64,000 nt of DNA from an uncultured Collinsella sp. (lineage in GTDB: Bacteria; Actinomycetota; Coriobacteriia; Coriobacteriales; Coriobacteriaceae): NCBI GenBank assembly GCA_902494535.1, contig CABUTO010000006.1, positions 4,237-68,236 on the forward strand, written 5' to 3'. Positions 41,066 through 50,811 of the stretch are shown here, piece after piece. Position 1 is the first letter of the stretch. Each line of letters opens with the position of its first letter. Position numbers and translations under genes: made by a program. The notes under the pieces are model-generated. The model did no database searches, had not been told where the DNA came from, and worked only from the letters and a program-made list of their open reading frames with translations.

Positions 41066-41290
41066 GTTTTGGCAGGTTGGAATTATTCTCTAGAAGCTAT
41101 AAAGGTGAGTGTATTACATGCGTACATCCAGGGGAGATTTCACGCTCGTTTATAAAGGATGTAATACGTTTGATATATATTTCGCGCTCATTAACTTGAG
41201 TGCAATAAAGCAGTGGTTATAAGATTGGCTATTATTAGTCAATGTTGTATTTGACCATTCATATTGCACGCTCATTAAGGGAGGCCAGTG

Positions 41291-41614
41291 ATGTCATCGA
41301 CTCAAAAACGAGCCATCCTGCAGGTGCGCATTCGCGAGGAAGACAAGCAGCATGCCGAGCGTCTCTACGACGCCATGGGCACATCGCTCGCCGAGGCTGT
41401 CCGTCTATTTGTCGCGCAGAGTATTTTGATGCGCAAGCTCCCCTTTCAGCCGGTCGCCGTGCGCTCCAAGGACGGCACGGCCGCCTATGGACTGCTCAAA
41501 GCATATGGGGACCCCAATCGCCGCTCCGAGGAGCGCAATGCCTGGATTGAATACCTAGCCACAGAAAGCGACGAGTCGGTTTTGGGTCCCGAGGAAGTAG
41601 ATATCCATGAGTAG
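41291..41614 (+). CDS. RelB/DinJ-family (ribbon-helix-helix) antitoxin
   Basis: ILQVRIREEDKQHAERLYDAMGTSLAEAVRLFVAQSILMRKLPF. GGGAGG RBS 6 nt upstream. 8-nt overlap with the downstream toxin ORF. Confidence 0.75.
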   Translation: MSSTQKRAILQVRIREEDKQHAERLYDAMGTSLAEAVRLFVAQSILMRKLPFQPVAVRSKDGTAAYGLLKAYGDPNRRSEERNAWIEYLATESDESVLGPEEVDIHE

Positions 41615-42062
41615 CACCATCATCGACGAGACCGTCATCCTTCGCTACCTGCTTGACGACGACGAGGTCCTGTCACCGCGCGCCGCCAAGGTCATCGCCA
41701 CGCGCACCGCACGTGTCTACCCCGAAATCATCACGCGCGTCGTGGTCACGCTGCGCGACGTCTATAAGGTTCCCCGCGTTGAAATTGCTGCGGCCATGAA
41801 AAGGTTGCTCGATGACGTCATGGTCGACGAGCCCACCGTTGTCGCCCTTGCCGTCAAACTCTTTGGCAAGACCCATATGGACTTTACCGACTGCCTCCTC
41901 GCAGCCTGAACCGCCATCTACAACGATGATGTCGTGAGCTTTGGCAAGCCCATCATCCAAGGCATGATCGATTACCGCCGCAAGCGCCAAACCGCTGTCG
42001 AAGCCCGCAGCCACAGCACCGACTCCACCATCGACAAGCTCCGCCACCAATCCCGCCACTAA
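41607..42062 (+). pseudogene. PIN-domain toxin (COG5611-like) interrupted by an in-frame TGA at 41907..41909
   Basis: The N-terminal 100 aa carry PIN hallmarks (IIDETVILRYLLDDD..., DFTDCLLAA). The same frame continues for 50 codons (TAIYNDDVVSFGKPII...) to the TAA at 42060..42062. The expected final acidic residue reads SFG. Confidence 0.7.
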
Positions 42063-42107
42063 CCGACAGGCAACGGCATCGCCCGCCCCTCAGCCCCATC
42101 CCCTCCT

Positions 42108-42176
42108 AAGTTGCGGTGAAATAGTTCTTAAATGGCCATCAAAAGCCTAAAAACAGGAACTATTTCATCGCGGCGT
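42108..42176 (+). repeat. Palindromic intergenic repeat, family 1, copy 3 (degenerate right arm)
   Basis: CCCATCCCCTCCTAAGTTGCGGTGAAATAGTTC ... GAACTATTTCATCGCGGCGTT. Confidence 0.6.
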
Positions 42177-42221
42177 TGTGGGCGTGGGGCGGCATCGATT
42201 CCCGTCACCACGCGCACTTAT

Positions 42222-42258
42222 GAAAACGGCTCTGGCACTAAAAGGAGCCAAAGCCGTT
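42222..42258 (-). terminator. Terminator after the tRNA-Pro/tRNA-Gly pair
   Basis: On the minus strand: AACGGCTTTGGC-loop-GCCAGAGCCGTT followed by TTTC. Confidence 0.5.
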
Positions 42259-42270
42259 AAAACTATCCTA

Positions 42271-42344
42271 TGGAGCGGGCGACGGGAATCGAACCCGCGT
42301 CATCAGCTTGGAAGGCTGGGGTTCTACCATTGAACTACGCCCGC
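42271..42344 (-). tRNA. tRNA-Gly (anticodon UCC)
   Basis: GCGGGCGTAGTTCAATGGTAGAAC...CAGC-CTTCCAA-GCTG...GGTTCGATTCCCGTCGCCCGCTCCA. Confidence 0.9.
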
Positions 42345-42350
42345 AAGATA

Positions 42351-42427
42351 TGGTCGGGACGACAGGATTTGAACCTGCGACATCCTGCTCCCAAAGCAGG
42401 CGCGCTACCAAACTGCGCCACGTCCCG
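42351..42427 (-). tRNA. tRNA-Pro (anticodon UGG)
   Basis: CGGGACGTGGCGCAGTTTGGTAGCGC...CCTGC-TTTGGGA-GCAGG...GGTTCAAATCCTGTCGTCCCGACCA. Confidence 0.9.
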
Positions 42428-42518
42428 AAGGTGTTGAGCAGCTAAGGTCTAAACCTTGCGTGTCCCAAAGCGAAGGAAATTATAGGGGAGACTCCCCGCC
42501 TGTGCAAGCATTGATGCC

Positions 42519-43877
42519 TTAGCTCCTCGAATGTGCGACAAACTGGCTATGAACCAGACCGATCAAAAACGCCACCACAGCAACCGGTGCCCACGCAGCA
42601 CCGATATCTGCCAGCGGCAACGCATCGAACGGCAGCCATGCGCCCGCAAAGAACGCATCGCGGACCGAGGTGATCACACTCTGCACAGCAACCACGCCGC
42701 CGACCCAAACCCACACCTGCGGATGCGCATCGCAAAAACCGTGCACCAGGCCCATAAGCACCAGCACGATGGCGACGGGATACAAGGCATTGAGCATGGG
42801 CACCGAGAACATGAGGATCATGTCGAGGCCCACGTTGGAAAGCACGCACGAAAACGCTGCGAACACAAAGGCGAGAACCGCAAAGGGACGGCGCATGGCC
42901 TCCTCGTAGGCCTCTGCTCCCCCTTCGACCACATACGTCTCGCAGAAGTAGCGCGAGCAGCAGCTGATAAGGCCAATGCACACGTTCATGCAGGCGAGGA
43001 AGAAGATCGCAAAGACCACGACCGTGCCGGCAAGACCAAAGTGCATGGAGGCCGAACGGGCGAGGATGGCGGCGCCGTTGGTAGCGTCAGGCATCACGGT
43101 GCCGAGCTGCATACCGGCAAGGCCCAAGCCGCAGTAGATGATGGCCATGAGCACGCCGGCGATCACACCCGAACGCGAAATCTCAAAGGCCACGCGCTTG
43201 TCATCAGTCACGCCCAGCTCGTGGATGGTCTCGGCGATGATAATGCCAAAGGCGAGAGACGCGAGCAGATCCATGGTCTGGTAGCCGGTCAAAAAGCCCT
43301 GCACGGCAGCACCGGCATTGTAGGGAGCCTGCGGCGCGGCAGCGGGACCCAGCGGCGAGACCACGGCGGCACCCACGACCAGCACGATGAGTGCAATGAG
43401 CGCGGGGCCCGTAATACGGCCGAGCACGCGTGTGATGACGCCCGGGCGCAGCGTGAGCACAAACGCGACGACGAAGAACCCGATGGCAAACACCAGACGT
43501 GCCGTGCCGAGCGAAACGCCCTCGGGCAGCAGCGGCACCAGCATCTCGAAGGCCGTGGAGCTCGTGCGCGGAATAGCCAGGCACGGACCGATGGCCAGGT
43601 AGACTGCCGCAACGAAGAATTCACCAAACTTGGGGTGCACGCGGCCGGCAAGCTCGCGCGCCGTTCCGGCAAGTGCCACGGCGATAAAGCCCATGACGGG
43701 CAGGCCGATGGCGGCAATCAGAAAGCCGAGCATGGCGACCGGCGTGGCAGAACCTGCCTGCAGCGCCAGCAGCGGCGGAATAATGAGGTTGCCAGCGCCA
43801 AAGAGCATCGAGAACAGGGCGATGCCGACGGTGACGACATGGTCGGAGCGCAGACCGCGCGGCGCGGAGGAGGCCAT
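42519..43877 (-). CDS. brnQ: Branched-chain amino acid transport system II carrier (LIVCS family)
   Basis: 452-aa 12-TM protein with the BrnQ N-terminal signature FSMLFGAGNLIIPP. Confidence 0.85.
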   Translation of the reverse strand: MASSAPRGLRSDHVVTVGIALFSMLFGAGNLIIPPLLALQAGSATPVAMLGFLIAAIGLPVMGFIAVALAGTARELAGRVHPKFGEFFVAAVYLAIGPCLAIPRTSSTAFEMLVPLLPEGVSLGTARLVFAIGFFVVAFVLTLRPGVITRVLGRITGPALIALIVLVVGAAVVSPLGPAAAPQAPYNAGAAVQGFLTGYQTMDLLASLAFGIIIAETIHELGVTDDKRVAFEISRSGVIAGVLMAIIYCGLGLAGMQLGTVMPDATNGAAILARSASMHFGLAGTVVVFAIFFLACMNVCIGLISCCSRYFCETYVVEGGAEAYEEAMRRPFAVLAFVFAAFSCVLSNVGLDMILMFSVPMLNALYPVAIVLVLMGLVHGFCDAHPQVWVWVGGVVAVQSVITSVRDAFFAGAWLPFDALPLADIGAAWAPVAVVAFLIGLVHSQFVAHSRS

Positions 43878-43953
43878 AGAACCACCTTTCGGGTCGAAAC
43901 AAAAACGGGACGGGCAAAAGACCCGTCCCGCAAGTATATACGCTCTAGCAGCT

Positions 43954-45093
43954 TTAGCAGGCTAAATCGCACAGAGCATCGATAGCCGTCTCGACTTCTT
44001 CGGTCGTGTTGAAATACCCAAACGAGAAGCGAACGACACCTTGGCGCTCGGTACCTAACGCGCGGTGCATGAGCGGGGCACAATGGGCGCCGGGGCGCGT
44101 CGCAATCCCCCACCCCTGCATGAGCGCGTCCGAGATCTCGGCAGAGTCGATATCACCCACGTTGAGTGAGACGATCGCCGAGCGCATCGGCTGGTCAAAC
44201 GCACCGTAGAGCGCAATGCCGGGGATTTCGCGAACACCGGCGAGGAAGCGCTCTGCAAGCGAGCGCTCATGCGCCGCAATCGCCTCAACCCCGCCTTGTG
44301 CCTCGATAAAGTCGAGACCGGCAGAAAGGCCCGCGATACCGTGACCGTTGAGCGTGCCCGCCTCAAGTCGCGTGGGCCACTCAAGCGGCTGCAGCGCATT
44401 GAAGCTGTGCACGCCCGTGCCGCCCATGGCCCACGGAGCCACGTCAACACCCTCCGCCACGGCCAGGCCGCCGGTGCCTTGAGGTCCCATGAGCCCTTTG
44501 TGGCCGGTAAAGCACACGACGTCGAGTCCCATGGCATCCATGTCAATCTTCGCCGTACCGGCAGACTGCGAGGCATCAACGATCACAAGCGCACCTGCCG
44601 CATGGGCGATGGCAGCCACACGCGAAACGTCGACCGCGTTGCCGGTCACATTGGAGGCGTGCGTCACCACCACGGCACGCGTGCCCGGCGTGACCAACCG
44701 CTCGAGCTCATCATAGTCGAGCACGCCGCTCGCATCGCAACCCGCATGCTCAACCGTCACACCCCGCTCCGTCGCCAGGCGATTGAGCGGACGCAGCACG
44801 GAGTTGTGCTCGAGCACCGTTGTGACCACGCGGTCGCCGGGGCGCACCACCCCGTTGATGACGGTGTTGAGCGCCGCGGTGGAGTTGGGCGTAAAACAGA
44901 CATGGTCAGCACGCGGGCAACCCAAAAGGCGCGCGAGCTTGGCACGGCAAGCGTGAATCGTACGAGCGGCATCGAGGGCACCCGACGTGGCGCCGCGCCC
45001 GGCATTGCCGAGCGAGCACATCGCCTGCGTCACGGCATCGATGACCGCCTGCGGCTTGTACATGGTCGTCGCCGCGTTATCTAGATAGATCAT
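43954..45093 (-). CDS. Class V aminotransferase: cysteine desulfurase / selenocysteine lyase-like (NifS family)
   Basis: IYLDNAATT N-terminus, PLP-lysine context FTGHKGLMGP, HCAP near the C-terminus. Start at the ATG at 45093 (GGGAGG RBS), overlapping the upstream stop by 4 nt. Confidence 0.85.
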   Translation of the reverse strand: MIYLDNAATTMYKPQAVIDAVTQAMCSLGNAGRGATSGALDAARTIHACRAKLARLLGCPRADHVCFTPNSTAALNTVINGVVRPGDRVVTTVLEHNSVLRPLNRLATERGVTVEHAGCDASGVLDYDELERLVTPGTRAVVVTHASNVTGNAVDVSRVAAIAHAAGALVIVDASQSAGTAKIDMDAMGLDVVCFTGHKGLMGPQGTGGLAVAEGVDVAPWAMGGTGVHSFNALQPLEWPTRLEAGTLNGHGIAGLSAGLDFIEAQGGVEAIAAHERSLAERFLAGVREIPGIALYGAFDQPMRSAIVSLNVGDIDSAEISDALMQGWGIATRPGAHCAPLMHRALGTERQGVVRFSFGYFNTTEEVETAIDALCDLAC

Positions 45094-45341
45094 CGCACGA
45101 CCTCCCACATATCAATCACCGTAAAGCCCTCGGTGGGAATACCCGCTGCGGTAAGCTCGGCGCGCAGCAGCTCCTCATCGGCAGGCAACGCCTTCCACGC
45201 CAAACCGCAGCCGGCAGCGACCTCCCCGGGCACGGGAATCGTTCGCCCGGGAAGGCCGCGCTCGATGCACAGGGACTCGCAACCCATGGCGGCCGCCGTG
45301 GTGGGAAACGTGATGACAAGCGCCGGGCGCTTCTCCCTCAT
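45090..45341 (-). CDS. Se/S-carrier-like (DUF3343-type) small protein
   Basis: ALVITFPTTAAAMGCESLC...RTIPVPGEVAAGCGLAWK. Paralogous to the C-terminal half of 18385..18780. Start trimmed to MREKRPAL. Confidence 0.7.
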   Translation of the reverse strand: MREKRPALVITFPTTAAAMGCESLCIERGLPGRTIPVPGEVAAGCGLAWKALPADEELLRAELTAAGIPTEGFTVIDMWEVVR

Positions 45342-45360
45342 GGCAACTCCAACCAATACG

Positions 45361-45987
45361 CTACGGGCGCACAACGCGCACAGCCTGCTCCATCTTCTCC
45401 ACGATCACGTACATGTTGGTGACCTCGCCCACCGCAAGCTGGTCTTTAATACCATAGTGGTCGAGGCAGGTACCGCAGGTGAGAATCTCGACACCCTGCT
45501 CGGCCAGGCCCTTCAGGTCGTCGAGCACCGGAGAGCCCTCTACGGTGAGCTTGGCACCGCCGTTGTAGAACAGCATAGTCGCGGGCAGCCCCTCCTGCTG
45601 CGTCACGGCAAAGATGAAGGCCTTCATGAGCTTGTGGCCCAGCTCGTCGTCGCCACGGCCCATGCAGTCGGTGTAGACGGAAATGACGAGCTTGCCCTTG
45701 CCGGCGCTGGCATCACAGAAGACAGCGCCATCCTGCTCGGGATCGGCCACGGCAACGGCGCCAGAGGTCGCCACGGTCACGTGCCACTCGGCGTCAGAAA
45801 CCTTCTCGACCGAGGCCGTGCAACCCTTCTCCTGCGCCATCTTGGAGATGTTCTTGACGGCGGTCTCGTTATCGACCGAGGTCACGACGGTGCCCTCGCC
45901 ATCGAGCTGCTTCAGAGCTTTGAGCGTCTTGACGACGGGCAGCGGGCAGGCATCGCCCATGGCATTGACTTCAATCTTGGTAGACAT
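45361..45987 (-). CDS. yedF: Selenium metabolism protein YedF-like (TusA/SirA-like domain plus DsrE-like domain)
   Basis: N-terminal AMGDACPLPVVKT (TusA-type CP motif) and a C-terminal DsrE-like half. Start trimmed to MSTKIEV (GAAAGGAAAA RBS). Confidence 0.8.
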   Translation of the reverse strand: MSTKIEVNAMGDACPLPVVKTLKALKQLDGEGTVVTSVDNETAVKNISKMAQEKGCTASVEKVSDAEWHVTVATSGAVAVADPEQDGAVFCDASAGKGKLVISVYTDCMGRGDDELGHKLMKAFIFAVTQQEGLPATMLFYNGGAKLTVEGSPVLDDLKGLAEQGVEILTCGTCLDHYGIKDQLAVGEVTNMYVIVEKMEQAVRVVRP

Positions 45988-46046
45988 AGTTTTTCCTTTC
46001 AAAAGGGACCGCCCAGAACAGTAGGCGGTCGCATAAACGGTTTTCC

Positions 46047-47096
46047 TTAATGCACAACGCGAACGGCAGGACCGCCTGGCACCGGCTCGCACACGCGACC
46101 GACGACGGCGGCGATGCGACCCTCGGCATGCAGACGGCGCGCAAGCTCATCCACATCGGCAGCAGGTGCCGCGATAAGCAGGCCACCAGACGTCTGCGGA
46201 TCGTACAGCGCATCCAGCATGCCCGGCTCCAGGTCCTCGTCGGCAGCCACGCGCGGGTCAAAGAAGTCCTGGTTGCGGTAGGAGCCCGCGGGGATAATGC
46301 CCAGACGCGCCATGTCGAGCACCTGGTCAAAGAGCGGTACCGCCCCCGACGCAAGCTCAACTTGCACGCCCGAGCCCTCGGCCATCTCGCACGCGTGCCC
46401 GATCAGACCAAAGCCCGTAATGTCGGTGCAGCCGTGAAGCTCAAGTCCCTCGGCCAGACGAATCGGAGCCTCGTTGAGGGTGCGCATCGAGTCAAACATG
46501 GCCGCGGCCTCGTCCTGCTCGATGAGCTCGCCCTTAATGGCCGTGGTGATAATGCCCGAGCCGATCGCCTTGGTCAGCAGCAGAACATCGCCCACGCATG
46601 CACCGCTGTTGGCGAGCATGCGATCGAGCGCGACAAAGCCGCTCACGGACAGGCCGTACTTGGGCTCGTCGTCGTTGATGGTGTGGCCGCCCGCGATGGA
46701 GCAACCCGCCTCGACGCACTTGTCTGCGCCGCCCGCCAGAATCTGACCGGCGACCTCGACGCCCAGACAGCTCGGGATGCACAGCAAGTTCATGGCATGG
46801 CTCGGCCGCCCGCCCATGGCGTAGATGTCCGACAGCGAGTTGGCTGCGGCGATCTGGCCAAACAGGAACGGGTCGTCGACCATCGGCGGGAAGAAGTCGA
46901 TGGACTGCACGAGCCCCAGGTTCTCCCCTACGCGGAAGACACTCGCATCGTCGGAGGTATCGAACCCCACGAGCAGGTTGTCGTTATGCACATTGGGCAA
47001 GTCGCCCAGGACCTGGGCGAGGGCTCCGGGAGCCAGCTTAGCAGCTCAACCGCTCGCGGCCGTCATAGACGTGAGCTTAATCTGATCGTCAGCCAT
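46047..47096 (-). CDS. selD: Selenophosphate synthetase, selenocysteine-containing (UGA at 47046..47048)
   Basis: Track ORF 46047..47000 extends in frame upstream to the ATG at 47096: MADDQIKLTSMTAASG-U-AAKLAPGALAQVLGDLPNVH. This is the SelD G(U/C)xxK active-site loop. GAGGAGG RBS. Confidence 0.92.
47001..47048 (-). promoter_or_regulatory. Candidate SECIS region of selD
   Basis: Two hairpins lie downstream of the UGA: GGCUCC.GGAGCC (47034..47022) and GCCCA-GGUCC-UGGGC (47018..47004), the second with GGUC in its loop. Confidence 0.45.
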
Positions 47097-47166
47097 CGAT
47101 ACCTCCTCTCATCGGTCAATCATTTTCTCCCAGTATACGCATGAATGCGAGCCTGCGACGGATGCA

Positions 47167-47931
47167 TTAATTGAGCGCCTGTGCGCGAATCGCCGCGCCG
47201 ATGGCACCGGCAAAGCGAGCCTGGGGTGAGGTGGTCACCGGCGACCCCAGCAGCTCGCCCAACCGCTCCACCACGAAGGCGTTCTCGCACAGGCCGCCGG
47301 TCAGGTAGTACGGGGCGCCCGCGGCCTGCCCGGCCATGGTCACCACGCGCGAAACCACGCTGTCGATCACGCCACGCGCAATGTTCTCGCGCGGCTCACC
47401 GCGACCGATGAGGCTGATGACCTCGCTTTCGGCAAACACCGTGCACATGCTGCTGATCTTGGTAGGCTCGCCGGAACGCGCCAGGTCGGCCATCTGTTGC
47501 TGGGTAATGCCCAGGCGGTCGGCCATGATCTCCAAAAAGCGCCCCGTGCCGGCGGCGCACTTGTCGTTCATGGCAAACTTGGCCACGCGGCCACTTTTAA
47601 GCTGAATGACCTTGGTGTCCTGACCACCCACATCGATCACGGTGCCGTGGTCGCCAAACAGACGTACGGCACCGGTACCGTGGCAGGTGATCTCGGTCAC
47701 GACCTTGTGCGCATAGGGCACGGCGACACGGCCGTAGCCAGTCGCGATCACGCGCACGTCGTCGGCAGCCACGTCATAGCCAGCCGCGGCAAGCTCGCCG
47801 CGCAGACGCTCGGCCGCATCGACCGACGAATATCCCGTCGGCATGACGCAGGTCCACGCAATGGCGCCATCCGTCTCCGCAACCGCAGCCTTCGCGGCCG
47901 TCGAGCCTATGTCGATACCAATGCCAACCAC
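47167..47931 (-). CDS. HgdC/BcrAD/BadFG-family ATPase (activase of radical/low-potential Fe-S enzymes)
   Basis: GIDIGSTAAKAAV ATPase fold, and cluster-bridging Cys contexts NDKCAAGTGRFLE and SMCTVFAESEV. Confidence 0.88.
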   Translation of the reverse strand: MVGIGIDIGSTAAKAAVAETDGAIAWTCVMPTGYSSVDAAERLRGELAAAGYDVAADDVRVIATGYGRVAVPYAHKVVTEITCHGTGAVRLFGDHGTVIDVGGQDTKVIQLKSGRVAKFAMNDKCAAGTGRFLEIMADRLGITQQQMADLARSGEPTKISSMCTVFAESEVISLIGRGEPRENIARGVIDSVVSRVVTMAGQAAGAPYYLTGGLCENAFVVERLGELLGSPVTTSPQARFAGAIGAAIRAQALN

Positions 47932-47981
47932 GGCATCCTCCTTCTATGCGGCAAAGCGGCTGTCCCCTTGCCGCGTTCGTC

Positions 47982-49145
47982 CTACAGGGTCTCGATAAAA
48001 GCGGCGATGCGGGTCTCGATCTGGCCCATGTCACCGTTGCTGTAGTCGGTCTCGATCTTCATATACGGAATACCCGCACCCTCGACGGCCTCCTGCATGC
48101 GCGCGCTCTCCACGTTAAAGGTGTGGCAGGCCTGCAGCACGCTCTCCACTACCCCATCGACGTGATACTTCTCGCACATGGCCAAGGTGTTTTCCATGCG
48201 TCCGTCGTTGGGCGTCATGACCGAGCAGTTGATATCCAGGTAGCGGTCGGCAATAGCGCGCAGGATGTCGGGAGCCTCCGGGTCGATCATCATGGCCGCC
48301 GTGCGCTCGCCCGAGCAGTCGTCCATGCACACAACCACGCCGCCGTTGGACTCGATGGTGCGGCCAATCTTGTTGATCACGCCGCCCACCGGGCAGCCGG
48401 TAATCAGAATGCGCTTGGCATCCGCCGCAACCGGGCGCTCGCCCGCGTCGTAGGCCTCGCGCAGCTTGACAACCTTTTGCTCCAGCTGCTGCGTATAGGC
48501 CTCGATATCAAAGCTGAACGTACCGGCAAACATGGTGCTCATCAGGTCGACGCCGCTCATAGCCGCCGGCTGGTTGGCCTGCAGCGCAAACATCTCGAGC
48601 TGGGCAGCACGCAGGCGATTGCGACGACGGACGGCGACGCGCAGGTCGTCATCGGTGATAGTGATGCCGTAGAAGTTCTCGAGCTCTTCCTTGAGCAGAC
48701 GGCACTCCTCGTACCAGCCCTCACGCTCGTAGGCGCGATCGCGACCCTGCGGCAGGTGCAGAATGTGCGTGCGCTTAAGCTCGTTGAGTAGCTCGTACAT
48801 CTTCTTCTTGCCGTCGCAGGTGGTCTCGCCGATGATCATGTCGCTAAAGTACGTAAACGGGCACTTTTGCGAATAGGCAAAACCGTACGTCGACTTGATG
48901 AGCGGGCAGAGGTTTGCCGGCAGCACCTTCTCGGCCTCGGGAATCACCTCGTCGGACGTGCCGCACAGCGCCACGCTCGCAGCCCCCGCGGCATCGATAA
49001 TCTCGAGCGGCGTGTAGCTGCACAGAAAACCGACCAGGCGATTACCCGCCTGCTTATAATCCTTGACGCGAATAAACGCCGCCTTGCGTTGCTCGTTGAA
49101 CTCCTCAAACGTGGACGGCAACGGCTGCTCAATATTTTCCGACAT
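47982..49145 (-). CDS. HgdA/HgdB (2-hydroxyacyl-CoA dehydratase D-component)-family / double-cubane-cluster-like Fe-S protein, paralog B
   Basis: Track ORF trimmed to MSENIEQ (ATG at 49145, AAGGAG RBS). Conserved Cys contexts [39 protein letters not shown]. Confidence 0.75.
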   Translation of the reverse strand: MSENIEQPLPSTFEEFNEQRKAAFIRVKDYKQAGNRLVGFLCSYTPLEIIDAAGAASVALCGTSDEVIPEAEKVLPANLCPLIKSTYGFAYSQKCPFTYFSDMIIGETTCDGKKKMYELLNELKRTHILHLPQGRDRAYEREGWYEECRLLKEELENFYGITITDDDLRVAVRRRNRLRAAQLEMFALQANQPAAMSGVDLMSTMFAGTFSFDIEAYTQQLEQKVVKLREAYDAGERPVAADAKRILITGCPVGGVINKIGRTIESNGGVVVCMDDCSGERTAAMMIDPEAPDILRAIADRYLDINCSVMTPNDGRMENTLAMCEKYHVDGVVESVLQACHTFNVESARMQEAVEGAGIPYMKIETDYSNGDMGQIETRIAAFIETL

Positions 49146-49299
49146 ATAACTCCTTAACAAACCTTTTAACCAACCAAGGAAACGGCTTTCCCAGGTGCCC
49201 GAGGTTGCCGTGAAAGAGGAGCGCCGCGTACTTTGGTATGCAAGCGATGGTTTGAACGGCAAGATCGGGTGCTTGGGGAAGCCGCTGGACCGGATAGCC

Positions 49300-50583
49300 C
49301 TAAATGGTTTCCAAGAAAGCCTCAATCCTGGTTTGCAGTTGGCCTGCATCCTCGCCGGCGTAGTCTGTCGTGATGTGCATAAACGGAATGCCTGCCTCCT
49401 CGGCAGCCTTCTCCACGGCAAACGACTCCATCTCGTAGAGCGTGCAGAACTGCAGAGCCACGTCGACGATGCCGTCGGCATGTAGGTCCTGGGCCATCTG
49501 GACAATGTCTTTCATACGCTGATCGTTGGGCGTAAAGACGGCGCAGTTGATCTTAAAGTAGCGCTCGGCGATGGCGTCGAGCATCTCGTCAACCGTCTCG
49601 CCGGACTCGTCGACCAGGTCCTTGTAGTAGCGCGAGCCCGTGCAGGACTCCTCGCCTACCACAACGCCGCCGGCCTTCTCGATAAGGTTGAACAGCTTCC
49701 AGTTGGGCACGGCCATGGGCGTACCGGTGTACAGGATGCGCTTGGTCCCCTTGGGTGCCACGCCCTCGCTGGCCTCGACACGCTGCTCGCACTCAGCCGC
49801 CATATCGTTGATGGCTCCGGTCAGACGCGGTGTGTCGTCCATAAAGGCGGCCTGAACGGTCAGCAGGCTGTCGAGACCGCTGATGGGCGCAGGGTCGGCA
49901 GCGCGGGTCGCAGCGAGGCGCTGCAGGGCGCGACGCTTCTCATTGACGGCGTGGATGGCAGCCTTCAGACGCTCGGGCGTAATCTTGACGCCGCACTCTT
50001 CCTCGATCTTGGCGGCGAGTTTCTTGACCTCGGCCTTCCAGGTCACGAGCGTCGACTCGTCGTGCACGTTGGGAATATCCATGACGTACATGTTCTTTTG
50101 CGTTGCAAAGAACTCGTAGGCCTTCTTCTTGCCATCGCAGGTGTTCTCGCCTACCACCAGGTCACTCGACTCAATGTAGGGGCAGACCTCGCCCAGCTTA
50201 AAGCCGGCAAAGCTCTTGATAAGCGGACAGGTGTTGCGCGGCAGGTGCTCCTCGACCCTATCGGCTGCCCAATCGGCACCAGAGCACAGACCCACGGGGA
50301 TACCGTCGCAGGCAAGTACGATCTCCTCGGGCACGTACACGCAGAACGAACCCACGATCTTGGTGGCCTCGCCAGCCTCCTTCTTGTCGAGCATCTCCTT
50401 AATGCGGCCGCTATGGATGTTGGTGGCCACAAAGTCCAGGTAGGACGTGGACTTGGGGCGATTGTTCTGCGACAGGAACATATCGCCGTACATCTGGCCC
50501 ACGGCACCCAGCAGCATGTCGTGGTCGGCAAGATTCATGCCGAGGCTCTCCCACATCGGATGGAAATCAAATTCTTCAGCCAT
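49300..50583 (-). CDS. HgdA/HgdB-family / double-cubane-cluster-like Fe-S protein, paralog A
   Basis: Collinear with paralog B: [39 protein letters not shown], and the same C-terminal ...[10 protein letters not shown]. Confidence 0.75.
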   Translation of the reverse strand: MAEEFDFHPMWESLGMNLADHDMLLGAVGQMYGDMFLSQNNRPKSTSYLDFVATNIHSGRIKEMLDKKEAGEATKIVGSFCVYVPEEIVLACDGIPVGLCSGADWAADRVEEHLPRNTCPLIKSFAGFKLGEVCPYIESSDLVVGENTCDGKKKAYEFFATQKNMYVMDIPNVHDESTLVTWKAEVKKLAAKIEEECGVKITPERLKAAIHAVNEKRRALQRLAATRAADPAPISGLDSLLTVQAAFMDDTPRLTGAINDMAAECEQRVEASEGVAPKGTKRILYTGTPMAVPNWKLFNLIEKAGGVVVGEESCTGSRYYKDLVDESGETVDEMLDAIAERYFKINCAVFTPNDQRMKDIVQMAQDLHADGIVDVALQFCTLYEMESFAVEKAAEEAGIPFMHITTDYAGEDAGQLQTRIEAFLETI

Positions 50584-50742
50584 AACGGTTCCCCTCTCGA
50601 ACCAAAAATGAATAGCTACGGTATTGCTGCACGGTGGGTGGCGAAAACCCAGCCGCGCCTAAACCCGGAATTTTGGGGAACCTGCCTTGCGTTCGGTTAT
50701 TTAGTTGTGCGTCGTCTCTCCCGGAGCCGTGAACATACCTGC

Positions 50743-50811
50743 TCATATGCGACTCCGAGCCATATACAGGGCGCGCGCGGCAACGCGGCGAATGTATGTC
50801 GTCTGCGGCAT
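50743..50811 (-). CDS. Possible 22-codon leader/small ORF (MPQTTYIRRVAARALYMARSRI)
   Basis: AAGGAGGG lies 7 nt upstream of the ATG, inside the 430-nt gap upstream of the Fe-S/selD operon. No other support. Confidence 0.2.
   Translation of the reverse strand: MPQTTYIRRVAARALYMARSRI

Noticed and set aside
41242-41550. 102-aa plus-strand ORF overlapping the antitoxin in another frame, and 41673..42059 antisense to the PIN gene
   Set aside because: The alternative-frame and antisense ORFs lack motifs and an RBS. The RelB/DinJ and PIN frames explain the coding signal.
50753-50761. CUCCGAGCC, reminiscent of the Moco riboswitch conserved segment, near the mod and selD operons
   Set aside because: It occurs on the plus strand, where no downstream gene exists. 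The remaining Moco-motif elements could not be assembled. On the minus strand it is part of the small ORF.
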